DNA of 64,000 bases from the human T2T-CHM13v2.0 reference genome, Homo sapiens, in NCBI RefSeq assembly GCF_009914755.1, contig NC_060929.1. One strand, 5' to 3'. Both the position numbers and the translations under genes were made by a program. Position 1 is the first letter of the stretch; each line of letters starts with the position of its first letter. Of the stretch, positions 27,704 through 45,925 are shown piece after piece. The notes beneath the pieces are model-generated. The model did not search any database and had not been told where the DNA came from. It saw nothing but the letters and a program-made list of their open reading frames with translations.

Positions 27704-29971
27704 TGTATTAGTATATTATAATGCTGTTAATAAAGACATAACTGAGACCGAGTAATTTATAAACAAAAGAGCTTTATTTGACTCACAGTTCAGCATGGTA
27801 GGGGAGGCCTCAGGAAACTTACACTTATGGTAAAAGGGGAAGCAAACATGTCCTTCTTCACAAGATGGCAGCAAGGAGAAGTGATGAGCAAAAGGGGAAG
27901 AAGCTCCTTTTAATACCATCAGATCTTGGGAGAACTAACTCACTATCACAAGAATAGCAGCATGCGGGTAACTGCCCCATGATTCAATTACCTCCTACCA
28001 GGTACCTCCCATGACATGTAGGGATTATGGGAGCTACAATTCAAGATGAGATTTGGGTGGGAACAGAGCCAAACCATATCATTCCACCCCTGCCCCCTAC
28101 CAAATCTCATGTCCTCACATTTCCAAACCAATAATTCCTTCCCAACAGTCCCCCAAAGTCTTAATTCATTTCAGCATTAACTCAAAAGTCAACAGTGCAA
28201 AGTCTCATCTGAATCAAGGAAAGTCTCTTCTGTCTATGAGCCTGCAAACTCAAAAGCACATTACTTACTTCCTAGATACAATGAGGGTATAGGCATCAGG
28301 TAAATACAGCTATTCTAAATGGGAGAAATTGGCCAAAATGAAGAGGTAAAGGCCTCATGCAAATCCAAAATAAGCAGGGCAGTCAAATCTTAAAGCTCCA
28401 AAATGACCTCCTTTGACTCCATGTCTCACATCCAGGGCATGCTGATGCAAGAGGTGGGCTCGCATGGCCTTGGGCAGCTCTATCCCTGTGGTTTTGCAGG
28501 GTACAGCCCATCTACCAGCTGCTTTCATGGGTGGGGATTCATTGAGTATCTGCAGTTTTTCCAGTTGCAGGGTGCAAGATGTTGGTGGATCAACCATTCT
28601 GGGGTCTGGAGGATGGTGGTCCTCTTCTCACAGCTCCACTAGGCAGTGACCCAGTGGAGACTCCCTGTGGGGGTTCTGACCTCACATTTCCCTACCACAC
28701 TGCCCTAGCAGAGGTTCTCCATGAGGGCCCTGTCCCTGCAGCAAACTTCTGCCTGGACATCCACGCATTTCCATACATCCTCTGAAATCTAGGTGGAGGT
28801 TACCAAACCTCAGTTCTTGACTTTTGTGACCCCCACAGGCTCAACATCATGTGGAAGATCCCAAGGCTTGGGGCTTGCACCCTCTGAAGCCACAGCCTGA
28901 GCTGTACCTTGGCCCCTTTTATCAATGGCTGAAACAACTGGGATGCAGGGCACCAAGTCCCTAGGCTGCACACAGCAGGCAGCCTGTGGGCCCAGCTCAT
29001 GAAACTATTTTTTCCCCCTAGACCTCCAGGTCTGTGATGGGAGGGGCTAATGGGAAGGTCTCTGACATGCCCTGGAGATATTTTCTCCATTATCCTGGTG
29101 ATTAACATCCAACGCCTTGTCACTGATGTAAATTGCTGCAGAAGGCTTGAATTTCTCCCCAGAAAGTGGGCTTTTTCTTTTCTACTACATGGTCACGCTG
29201 CAAAATATTTCAAAGTTTTATGCTCTGTCAACTTTTGAACACTTTGCTGCTTAGAACTTTTTTTCCACTAGATACCCTAAATTATTTCTCTCAACTTCAA
29301 AGTTCCACAAAGATCTCTATGGCAGGGGCAAAATGCCACCAGTCTCTTTGCTAAAGCATAACAAGAGTCACCTTTGCTCCAGTTCCTAACAAGATCCTCA
29401 TCTCCATCTGAGACCATCTCAGCCTGGGCTTTATTGACCATAGCACTTTCAGCATTTTGGTCAAAGCCATTCAACAAGTCTCTAGGAAGTTCCAAAGTTT
29501 CCCACATTTTACTCTCTTCTTCTGAACCCTCCAAACGGTTTCAATCTCTGCCTGTTACCCAGTTCCAAAGTCACTTCCACAATTTCAGGTATCTTTGAAG
29601 CAGTGCCCAACTACTCTGTACCAGTTTACTGAAATAGCCTGTTCTCATGCTGCTAATAAAGACATACTCGAAAATGAGTTATTCATAAAGGAAAGAGGTT
29701 TATTTGACTCATAGTTCAGCATGGCTGGGGAGGCCTCAAGAAACTTACAAGCATGGCAGAAGGGGAAGCAAACACGTCCTTCTTTGCTTGGTGGCAGAAA
29801 GAAGAAGTATCGACCAAAAGGGATAAAGGCACCTTTTAAAATCATCAGATCTCGTGAGAACTTACTCACTAGCAAGAACAGAGCATGTGGTAACCATCCC
29901 CATGATTCAATTACCTCCCACGGGGTCCCTCCCATGATATGTGGGAAATGTAGAAGCTACAGTTCAACATG
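27704..29971 (-). mobile_element. THE1D-like ERVL-MaLR provirus: LTR 27704-28081, internal 28082-29629, LTR 29630-29971 (terminal ~33 bp missing)
   Basis: Two homologous LTRs flank a ~1.55-kb THE1/MST internal region. The left LTR ends ccaaaccatatca. ACAGG occurs on both sides (27699-27703 and 29972-29976) as a 5-bp TSD. Confidence 0.92.
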
Positions 29972-30114
29972 ACAGGTCATTGACAACTTTCAAATGAAAA
30001 ACTTTGGTAAAGAAGCTAAGACCAAACCATAATTCATTGAGTACATAGAAACCTTTTGAGAAGATTGGCAGTAAAAGAAAGGAGAGGGCAAAGAAGTGTA
30101 AGAAATATGAATAA

Positions 30115-31150
30115 TGGTTGGCAGCCAAGATGGCTGAATAGGAACAGCTCTGGTCTACAGCTCCCAGCGTGAGTGACACAGAAGATGGGTGATTTCTGCA
30201 TTTCCATCTGAGGTACCGGGTTCATCTCACTAGGGAGTACCAGACAGTGGGCACAGGACAGTAGGTGCAGTGCACCATGAGCGAGCTGAAGCAGGGCGAG
30301 GCACTACCTCACTCAGGAAGCGCAAGGGGTCAGGGAGTTCCCTTTCCTAGTCAAAGAAAGGGGTGACAGATGGCACCTGGAAAATCGGGTCACTCCCAGC
30401 CTAATACTGCGCTTTTCTGATGGGCTTAAAAACCGGCACACCAGGAGATTATATCCTGCACCTGGCTTGGAGGGTCCTACATCCATGGAGTCTCACTGAT
30501 TGCTAGCACAGCAATCTGAGATCAAACTGCAAGGCAGCAGCGAGGCTGCGGGAGGGGCACCCTCCATGGCCCAGGCTTGCTTAGGTAAACAAAGCAGCCG
30601 GGAAGCTTGAACTGGGTGGAGCCCACCACAGCTCAAGGAGGCCTGCCTGCCTCTGTAGGCTCCACCTCTGGGGGCAGGGCACAGACAAACAAAAAGACAG
30701 CAGTAACCTCTGCAGACTTAAATGTCCCTGTCTGACTGCTTTGAAGAGAGCAGTGGTTCTCCCAGCACGCAGCTGGAGATCTGAGAACAGGCAGACTGCC
30801 TCCCCAAGTGGGTCCCTGACCCCTGATCCCCGAACAGCCTAACTGGGAGGCACCCCCCAGTAGGGGCAGACTGACACCTCACAGGGCTGGCTACTTCTCT
30901 GACACAAAAACTCCAGAGGAACGATCAGACAGCAGAATTTGTGGTTCACGAAAATCTGCTGTTCTGCAGCCACCGCTGCTGATACCCAGGCAAACAAGGT
31001 CTGGAATGGACCTCTAGCAAACTCCAACAGACCTGCAGCTGAGGGTCCTGTCTGTTAGAAGGAAAACTAACAAACACAAAGGACATCCACACCAAAAACC
31101 CATCTGTACATCACCATCGTCAAAGAACAAAAGTCGATAAAACCACAAAG
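30115..31150 (+). promoter_or_regulatory. L1 5'UTR internal sense promoter plus antisense promoter region
   Basis: YY1 motif near 30125; SOX-like aaacaaa sites at ~30587 and ~30687; many CpGs decayed. Promoter function is inferred from known L1 biology. Confidence 0.7.
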
Positions 31151-32166
31151 ATGGGGAAAAAACAGCAGAAAAACTGGAAACTCTAAAAAGCAGAGCACCT
31201 CTCCTCCTCCAAAGGAACGCAGTTGGTCACCAGCAACGGAACAAAGCTGGATGGAGAATGACTTTGATGAGTTGAGAGAAGAAGGCTTCAGACGATCAAA
31301 CTACTCCGAGCTACAGGAGGAAATTCAAACCAAAGGCAAAGAAGTTGAAAACTTTGAAAAAAATTTAGACGAATGTATAACTAGAATAACCAATATAGAG
31401 AAGTGCTTAAAGGAGCTGATGGAGCTGAAAGCCAAGGCTCGAGAACTACGTGAAGAATGCAGAAGCCTCAGGAGCCGATGCGATCAACTGGAAGAAAGGG
31501 TATCAGTGATGGAAGATGAAATGAATGAAATGAAGTGAGAAGGGAAGTTTAGAGAAAAAAGAAGAAAAGGAAACAAACAAAGCCTCCAAGAAATATGGGA
31601 TTATATGAAAAGACCAAATCTACGTCTGATTGGTGTACCTGAAAGTGACGGGGAGAATGGAACCAAGTTGGAAAACACTCTGCAGGATATTATACAGGAG
31701 AACTTCCCCAATCTAGCAAAGCAGGCCAACATTCAGATTCAGGAAATACAGAGAACGCCACAAAGATACTCCTTGAGAAGAGCAACTCCAAGACACATAA
31801 TTGTCAGATTCACCAAAGTTGAAATGAAGGAAAAAATGTTCAGGGCAGCCAGAGAGAAAGGTCGGATTACCCACAAAGGGAAGCCCATCAGACTAACAGC
31901 AGATCTCTCAGCAGAAACTCTACAAGCCAGAAGAGAGTGGGGGGCCAGTATTCAAAGTTCTTAAAGAAAAGAATTTTCAACCCAGAATTTCATATCCAGC
32001 CAAGCTAAGCTTCATAAGTGAAGGAGAAATAAAATACTTTACAGACAAGCAAATGCTGAGAGATTTTGTCACCAGCAGGCCTGCCCTAAAAGAGCTCCTG
32101 AAGGAAGCACTAAACATGGAAAGGAACGACCGGTACCAGCCACTGAAAAATCACACCAAATTGCAA
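31151..32166 (+). pseudogene. L1 ORF1p pseudogene
   Basis: ATG at 31151 followed by an early frameshift; premature TGA at 31536-31538; fragments MENDFDELREEG... and KRPNLRLIGVPE...; frameshift near 31940. Confidence 0.93.
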
Positions 32167-32229
32167 AGGCCATCAAGGCTAGGAAGAAACTGCATCAACT
32201 AACAAGCAAAATAACCAGCTAACATCATA

Positions 32230-36058
<3,829 letters not shown>

Positions 36059-36804
36059 ACAATGAGAACACATGGACACAGGAAGGGGAACATCACACTC
36101 TGGGGAGTGTTGTGCAGTGGGGGGAGGGGGAGGGATAGCATTAGGAGATATACCTAATGCTAAATGACGAGTTAATGGGTGCAGCACACCAGCATCGCAC
36201 ATGTATACATATGTAAGTAACGTGCGCATTGTGCACATGTACCCTAAAACTTAAAGTATAATAATAATAAAATAAAATAAAGAAATATGAATAACCAAGA
36301 GCAAGTTATTTTGGTCCAGGAGTGATCTGAATATTCTAGTGGGAAGAAGGCAGATTTCTAGGGAGGAACAGAAAGATGATGCAAAGCAAAGAGGTGGTTA
36401 TTAATGTTGCAAAGTGTTTGAATGAGATAATAGGAAATGAACTGCTCACAGCAAGTCATTGTCTTATCAGGGTCCATGAGATGATCCAGGAAAGTGAAGA
36501 TGGGAGGAAGAATAGGAATCAAAAAGAAGAATCAGTTTGATAAGAATGAGGGGGAGAAAAATGGGGACAATATAGACAATGAGGCCACAAGAAGGAATTT
36601 TAAAGAGCCAGAAATACAGACAAGAGAACAGTTCTGAGGATCATAAATAGAACAATTTTCCAATACTTTTTTCAACATTTAAGAGCTTATGTAGGTGAGA
36701 AGCTAAAGAAGATAAGGACAAAATATCTTAATAAGTTTAGGTTTTTCTTTAGAGTAACGTGGACTAGAAGATTCTCCATGAAGAGAGAAAATAAACAATG
36801 ATTA

Positions 36805-37032
<228 letters not shown>

Positions 37033-37757
37033 TCAGAAATCATATTATTTTGTTTTGCTATATTCAATAATATTTGAATACTCAGTTACAAAAAAAAAGA
37101 AATCCTTTAAGATGAAGGAACTAATTTACCTGGGTCTAATGTACCTATTTTGTGTTACATAATGTATAAGGCATTTTATTTAGGTGCACATTTCATGGAA
37201 AGAACTAAGATATCGTGGAGAGGAGGCATGAAGGGAGTTAAGAGTGAATTTAAGGGAGTAGCTACAGAAAAGCCAGTGATGGGGCAAAAACAAAATGTTA
37301 TGCTATTTTTTTAAATTGAGTTCTAAAAGAAGTATGAAATTGTTTGGCTGTCGATTTTTAAGAAAAATCTCATACCTATGGATAGTACAATAGGTTTTAT
37401 CTTAGGCTTTTTGGCAAAAGATCAGAATCTAATTAAATTTGGAATCGACAGGCAGGGAGCTTGGCAGGTATTTGCAGATCATTCATACTTCAACAACACA
37501 GATGCCCTGTAAATTACTGAGAACTAAGAGACTATGGCAGGCTTCCAATTTAGGATTTAGGAGAATATCACGGTGAGACTAGATCCACATTACTGTATAG
37601 CTGAAAGTTAACTTAGACACTGAAGTTCATTTAAACAAGTAGGCGTCAACTGTGATTGTTTTAAGAACTGGGGAGGGCATTGCTTTTTTGGAAGGCTGAT
37701 CTTCAGGCTTAATTCCCGAGATTGATTCTATTGACCTATCTGCCTATTTATATTTAT

Positions 37758-37804
37758 ACACACATGCGCGTGCACACACACACACCCAGAGAGAGAGAGA
37801 GAGA
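37758..37804. repeat. Compound (CA)n-(GA)n microsatellite
   Basis: cacacacacacacccagagagagagagagaga. Confidence 0.85.
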
Positions 37805-37834
37805 TTGTTTGTAAGTAGCATCCCTGCATCCCTG

Positions 37835-37996
37835 ATAGTCAAACAGGACCATATAAGCATGGATATTACCTGGGTGCCTATTAGAAGAGAATAATTTCAA
37901 GCCTCATCCAAGACCTATGGAATAAGAATTTGCATCTTAAAAACGTCTCCAGATGACTCACGTGCATAGATATACACCTTAAAGTTTGAGAAACAA
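37835..37996. mobile_element. MER5-family hAT remnant
   Basis: agacctatggaataagaatttgcatcttaaaaacgtctccagatgactc...aaagtttgagaaac. Confidence 0.55.
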
Positions 37997-39053
37997 TCCC
38001 TAGGTGTTTCAAATGCAGGGGGTCATAAGACCACACACTGAAAAAAAAATAATTAGGTCTTAAAAATTTTGTTTCATTGTATAGATGACAGCATCGAGTA
38101 CAAATTTTAATAGTTGGTAACACAACTGGATAAAGATGTCAAAATAATATTTTTCCTCATGTAACACACATTTGATATACTTTATATGGACAAGATTTTC
38201 TGAAATATTTTCTTGATAACACAGCTCTGACTAGATCTAGATCTCCTGACTCTTTGCCCATAATTATTGTAATTGTACTTGGTAATTGATAATAGACCTA
38301 GCTAATGAGAAACAGCAACCCATTTTATTGCATCTCTTCATTTTTTCCAACATACTTTCATTTTGCAAAAAAATTATATTGTTTGAACATTCCCTTTTGA
38401 ACATTAGTACCCTCAAAGGAAATACCACTTTGTCATGAGACTTTCTTTGATAACCAGACTGTCCATCAAACTATTTAAAGCCTGAAGGCCTATGTACATC
38501 TCTCTGAAGTAACTTGCTTGCTCAAACACTACTTGGAGGGGTGAGAATCTGAAACCTTAACTGACACATTGAGATCTTCATTTCTACTTTCTTTTCCATG
38601 CATCTCAGAAATATGAAGAGCAGCACTGAAACTTAGTAGTATTTTATTCATTTTTGGGAAATTAGTGCTTGTATGCAAAGACCTACTAATCTAGGGAAAA
38701 TATAATCTGCTCTATCTCTGTCTCTGAATTTGGAAAATTAATCCCTTTGTAGCTAAGAACAAATGTTACATGTATAGTTATTTTATTTTTATGAAGCTTA
38801 GGGTTGATTGAATCTAATTGTTTTTCCTCACACAAGTCATTTAACCCTTCCAGATCTCATTTATGAATCAACAATAAGAGAGTATTTGACTAAATGATCT
38901 TCCTTTTACTTTCAAACTAAAATTTTAAAGTTATATGACTATTTCTTATCATTTATTCATATTGTTTGAAGTTTGAATCTATATTACTATTTTAAGCATT
39001 CATTGACTCATAGTAACTATTGATCTAGCAAACATTAAATGATTATTGTATGC

Positions 39054-39200
39054 CAGTAGTTCTCAAGGTGTGGTTGCCAAACCACCAATAGCACTTGGGA
39101 ATTCTTTATAAATACACATTCACAGTCTCCACTCCAGACCTACTGAATCAGAAACTCTACATTTGGGACACAGCAGTATGTGTTTTAACAGGTCCTTCAT
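39054..39200. mobile_element. MER5A hAT element
   Basis: cagtagttctcaaggtgtggt...ccagacctactgaatcagaaactct...tgttttaacagg. Confidence 0.8.
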
Positions 39201-41482
39201 ACACAAAAATTTCATAATCGCTGCTATATGCCAAGTACTGTGTCATCTTAGGACATAAGGAAGCATGCTTGAGTGAGCGTGGGGGAAACAAAGTAAATTT
39301 AGTTTTCAGCAAGTTAAGTTTAAGATGCCCATAGCACATCCTAATGCCTCTATGTAGGTCAGGCACTCAGAGAAGAAAATATATACATCATTGGTGACTA
39401 AGAAGTCACTAAGGGAGGATGTGTCAAATGAGGCGAAAAGGCTAAAAAGTGGAACTTATGTTTTAAAATCAGCTGAGCCAGGAGACTGATTAATTAAGGG
39501 TACTGTTAATACCTGCCAAGATGTGAGAGCAGAACCAGAAAAACATGATTAGAAAATCCAAAGAAGGATTAAATTTCACAGGGGGTGTGGTCAAAAGGAA
39601 TCTATTCTAAGAAAACAGGTACTGAACAGTGGCCAGTGAATTTGGAAATTAGGTAGTAATCTCTGTTAGAATACAACACACTAAAAACAGGAGCTTTTTC
39701 TTTTTCTTTTTGTCTGTTTCTCCCACACCTAACAAGACTTGCAAGAATGTATGAAAATATCACTTCCATGTGATGTGAATAAAAATAACCAACTATTCTT
39801 TGAAAAAGACACTTAGTAGTGGTAGTCAGACCGTGAAACAAACTAGATGTTACAAGTAATGTGTAAGTTGGCAAAGTCAAAAAATGATAAAATGGCAAAC
39901 TTTCTAATAGTTGTAGTAATATACTATATGCAAAATATGACTTAGTATATTTAGTAGTCACAGACAAATAGATTTTTGAAAAGCAAGGATGCCAATACAA
40001 TTCTTTGGAAACATAAGATCAAAAGTTTATTCCATCAGATCTAAAGAGACTATAAAATAATTATCACTTAAAATTCTAATATATTTTTATTTTTAAAAGT
40101 TTCTGTATAATTATAAAAATTTATAAAAGTATGCATGTACATGATTATTAAAAATGAGATCTAACAAGAGTGTTTATAAAACACGGCAAGGATCCAGTTT
40201 CAAACCCACCAGTCTCACTTTTCCATGTTAAAAGGTGTTTAATCCATATCACTAAGCAATATGCTTGTTTCCGTTTCTTATATAGATAATTACAGGCATT
40301 GTTTATAAACTAACTGTCATAAAATGGTGTTTTGCCACTTACAGTACCCCAAATCTTCCTTTCTCATGCTATAGCTGTGTCACTAGTGTTAATTCTTACC
40401 TTAGTTGCTTTGTACCTTTATGCACCATGTTTACTATTATTTCTTGTTCAGATAACTCTAAGATACTTTACCAGGTGAAAGTAAAAAAACTCCCTCGTTC
40501 ACTTTCATTTGATGACTTCTGTCATCTCTAATGTTACAATGTAAAGGTAGATTATAACTTTGTTCCTATAATTGGAACTTCCAAACTCATAGTGTTAACA
40601 TTACTCTGGCCATGTAAATATTTACCACAAAGCCAAATGGTGTGAGTATTTGATGACATTTCCTTTCTTGCTCATCAGTAGATTAACAAGACTTGTTCAT
40701 CCAATGGATTTGTTAATCCTGCAATTGCTGATCACATTTATTTCTTGGGTAATTAGCCTTCATTTAGTATTATTTTTTTTCTAGCCTCCTTATCCCACCA
40801 GATAGACATTGAGTTTTTTCTTCAAAGATTTTCCTATAGAATTTCTCTTTACAACATCCTTGGTTTGGCTCAGTATTTCTAAATGCCATGTTTCTGTTTT
40901 GGTTTATTTATTCATGTTGCTGGAAAAAATCCCCAAGTAAACGACTAAGAAAGATTGTATGTTTTCTGAATCTTTCCATGTCTGAAATTGTCTTTATTAA
41001 ACTCTCAAAGTTGACTCCATATAGAATTCTAGGTTGAACTCCTCTAGTTGGATGTTGAGGCTTTGGATCTGAATTTGATTCTCTATGCTGGATTTGATTT
41101 GTTTCTTATCTTTATTTAATGTATTTAGTCTCTGCATTTTCTCCTACCTTTCTCTGCATTCCCTACATTTTCTCTATATTTCCCCAACATTTCCCCTACA
41201 TTCTAGAATATTTTCTGAAATTCTTAGAAAACATTAATTCCGCCTCCTTTTCGTTGATCATTTATTTCTGTACTTTTAATATTTTTAGTTTAAAAATATA
41301 CTAATATGAGATTTTTGAAAATGATTTTTAGGCCGCTTTTATTCTCCAAAATATGTGACATGTCTAAATGTGAATTCAAAATTACCCTCTAGATTTAGTT
41401 TCAGTAATGTCTTTGGTGACCTTTCCCTATGTGTGTATGTTAGGAGTAGGGATCATGTTACAAAGCAGACTGTAATGATTTG

Positions 41483-41908
41483 TGCTATGGTTTGGATAGG
41501 ATTCTCCAAACTTCATGTTGAGATTTTATCCCCAGTGTTGTAGGTGGGACCTATTGGAAAGTGTTCGGGTCATAGGGGTGGATCCCTCAAGGACAAAGAT
41601 TATGCCCTCCCTCAGGCGTGAGTGAATTCTCACTCTGTTAGTTCCCTAGAGAGCTTGATGATAAAAAGATTCTGGCACCTCTCCCCTCTCTCTCTCCCTC
41701 TTGCTTCCTTTCTCACCATAAGGTCTGTGCATACTCCTGCTCCCCTTCACTTTCTGCCATGAGTGGAAGCAGCCTGAGGCCCTCACCAATACTGATGCCC
41801 AAACTTGAACTTTCCAGCCATCAGAATTGTGAGCCAAATAACCTTTCTTCTTTATTAATTACCCGATCTTAGGTTTTCCTTTTTAGCAACAGAAAAATGG
41901 ACTAAGAG
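41483..41908 (+). mobile_element. MSTB-like MaLR solo LTR
   Basis: tgctatggtttggat...gagtggaagcagcctgaggccctcacca...cagccatcagaattgtgagccaaata...ggactaaga. Confidence 0.85.
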
Positions 41909-42377
41909 AGAAGATAATGGAAAATAGAAGTGGCAATGGAAATCATAAGTATAATAACCATCACGAGCTGTCTATGAGGTGAGAACTGACGAATAATTGA
42001 AGGGAATAGAAGGCAATCTAATAGAAGAATAGTAAGCAATCTAAAGAATTTTAAATCACATTTATATTGTTTTTATATCCATGAAATGATACCCTTATTT
42101 ATAAAACTGAAACACCTTAGTTTATCCCCTACTCCTTCATCCCAATCCTTAAGACATCACCAAATTATGTAAGTTTTACCTACCAAAAGTTTCAATAATT
42201 TTCCATTTCTCTGCATCACCATTCTGGTCAAAGCTACTCTCTCTCCTTCAACTCATGACCAGCTTCTTAACTACATTCACTGTACCTATTTATACATGTC
42301 TTCCTCCAACTCTAACTCATTTTCCATGATTCAGACAGAGACATCTTTTTAAAATGTTAATCTAATTGTCACCCCTA

Positions 42378-42930
42378 AAGGAAACTAAAAATATTTCACC
42401 CCAAATATACCTCTTTGACATATTTTGAGATGGCTGTTCAGAGGGCCTGCAGACAGGAATAGCCCTACAAAGGTGCCTTTTGTGGGGAGATTTGCATCTG
42501 TGGAGGCAATAAAGTGAAATAAATAACAGATGCAAGCAAGCTTTTCCTGACGCCCCGCTTGTCCATGTCTAGGAAAGATTAACAGAGAGTCTGACACCTT
42601 TTAAGATCTGACAGAGAAACATTTACCATAGACTATCACCTATTTTTTCTGAGGGCTGCTACCTGTACATCTGCACAAGATTGCCTTTACTCCATGCCTT
42701 TCTTCTTCTGCTCTAACTCTGACAATCTGTCTTGCCATGCCATAAGCCCCTATTCTTTCTGTAACCCCAAGATGGTATAAAAGCATCAATGATTGGGCAT
42801 TTCTTTGAGTTTTCATATTTTGTATGACTCCTGTACATACATGTGCAGATAATAAATTTGTATGCCCTTTTTTCCTGTTAATCTATTACCAGTTTGTGTT
42901 ATAGAGTCAGATTACAGGTCTTCAGGAATA
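42378..42930 (+). mobile_element. MER34-family ERV1 solo LTR
   Basis: aaaatatttcaccccaaatatacctctttgacatattttgagatggctgttcagaggg start; ggtataaaagc TATA box and aataaatttgtatg polyA region. Confidence 0.75.
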
Positions 42931-44764
42931 ATTTTATACACTTCACATTCCTGGAAGACAGGGATAAGAAGCTGTCCTTCCCATTGTATTAGAGGGGCAA
43001 ATCACATAAATTGAAAAATAGCAAATTATTAATAATTACTCATCAAATCAGAGGGAACTTTAAGTTCATGATTCTATCCCCATGTCTCAAATCTATAAAA
43101 CACTGCCTATAAGAAGTTAACTTTTTACTTTCAGGAAGCATCAAAAAAAAAAATATATATATATATATATATCACCTGATTTATAATATCTCAAGATAAT
43201 TTTATAGTGTAGTGCCCACAGTAGAGTCTTACCTGTGGGGTATCTATGTGTACATTGGCATCAATACACATCAACTACTATTTTTGTGAAACAAAAGTTA
43301 ATACTTTTTTTTAAAAGGCAAAAGACTTTTTGGTGAGTGATGGAACTAATTTCCATGTTCAAATAAATCATAAATGCTACATTAACTAGCTATTTGAAAG
43401 TAGGCTACACTAGCTGAAATAGAGCTTCTTTAAACTTTATTTCTAGGACAACCTACAGCATCAGATGAAAGGCATAGACCTTCATCTGCCAAAATAAACA
43501 TGCATGAAAATGTGTTACAATTTCAAGGGTGTTTACACATATCTGAGTGTCAATTTAAAAATATCTGAGTATCTTAACTGACCACATTAAGTTTTATTGG
43601 CATTGTAAAACTCCATGAGTGCTGGAACCAGTGGTGTCAGTGTTTAATCTACACTATATTCTTGACTTTTGACTTTGAGTATATATATATATATATATTT
43701 TTTTTACCTTTCAGTTTTTCAGTTTTTTATATGTCAATTTGAAATGATAATATCTAACGTACTGGGTGCCATGAAAATTAGTAGTGATACTGCATGTATG
43801 TTATGTGATAAATAATAAATAATAAATAGTAATTATTAGAAATATCATTAAAAAGCAAACAGGTTAAAAATCCAGTTGAATAAAAATATATGTCTCATTC
43901 TCAATATAAACACAGCAATGCTAAAATGGTTTCTGAAGAGGTATTTTTCTTATAGAATAAAAAAGTATAAATTTTATATTCCAGTGACTACATGTGTTTT
44001 AAATGTAATTTGACAAATAATAATAAATAATAAGAAAATATTTAAAATTGTTTGCTCTTCAAAGACCAACAATCAACTTTCTTTTTAACTTTTTTATGTT
44101 TAAATAAATAATCACTGGGCTTATGACTAATCTATCTTAATTTTTACCAAGAAAAATTCTAGTATTGCCAGCTATTTACACAGCAATTGAAGCCATAATT
44201 TCTCTTTATTATCCTACATTTAAAAATACATAAATTCATATATATAGAAAAGCTGGGTAATATGCTAATTCATTTAACAAGTATTGTTTCTAGAATTTTT
44301 GCAGCAAGATTGAACTATTTTCAAGAACTATGCTATAAACACAGCAACATCTTCAATGCATATCTTTTAGAATTTTTTTTTCTCAGTAAAAATGTGTTGC
44401 TGGTTATTTTATGAAAAAGTTTTAAGTCACATAGTCTTTACATAGTAAGTCATATAATCATAAAAATAACATGAAATCTTCCTGAATTTGATTTTCAATA
44501 AAATGAATGGGAAAAAACTAAAGGAAAATCACAAATGAGGGAAAGCAGATGGTTTAGAGATTTGTTTGCTTTTTAGCAGAAGTTTGAGTCAGATACTCCT
44601 ATTTTATCTTCATTTTATATTTCCTTTTTTGGAAAGCTGGGTAACAAAACATAGATTTTTCTATGGAATAATGATTATTTAGCTCTCAAGATATGCAAAA
44701 GCTTTTTTGAAATAAAATATGTATCTACTTTGCATGGAAAACAGTCAAAATTCCAACTGAATGT

Positions 44765-45330
<566 letters not shown>

Positions 45331-45881
45331 TAAAGCGTGTTATTCTTCCATCCAGAATAATCTCTTCCAATACAAATAGTCATTTGCTTTCTTGCTTATG
45401 GAACTTAGCTATCCATTCAGATATTTCACAAGAAACTATACTTTCATCTATGTAAAAATGCAGGATTCAAAAGAACTTGGAAGTTGTTTACACTACATAG
45501 GTTTTCATTTATCAATTATTATTATTATGTTTTTATTTTATAATGGCCAAGTTGAGCATTGTTTTTGAAAAGTCAATTTAACATTGTTTAAGATTTAACT
45601 AAGCATGTAATTGAAAAAAAGTGATGATGAGACTTTAGTGTATTTAGCAATTAGAAGAAAATCCTTGATTACTAAACAAGTAAATTGTCTGTCTAAAACA
45701 TCTTTAGTATGTTAATTTATTTGTAATTATGGAATAAGGGTCAAGGGTTAGATGATTGGTAGAAGTAGAAAAAATCATTATAACCATTGTAATACAGCTA
45801 AATGTGTGCTTGAATATTTTTAAAATCCTTTAGTTTTCCTGCTCTAAATGACTTTAAACTTTATTACTATAGTTTTGCTTG

Positions 45882-45885
45882 GTGT

Positions 45886-45925
<40 letters not shown>

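Noticed and set aside
27716-30225. Cluster of overlapping 60-107-aa ORFs
   Set aside because: They fall in the THE1 LTR/internal sequence and the L1 5' junction, where higher GC content gives chance ORFs. No coherent gag or pol product.
39602-40000. 132-aa minus-strand ORF as an extra HCN1 exon
   Set aside because: It starts at TTG, shows no resemblance to HCN or other domains I recognise, and has no convincing splice pair.
43143-43705. A-run/(TA)n and (TA)n/T-run pair as an inverted repeat
   Set aside because: Low-complexity self-complementarity is expected by chance, and the flanks do not extend the match.
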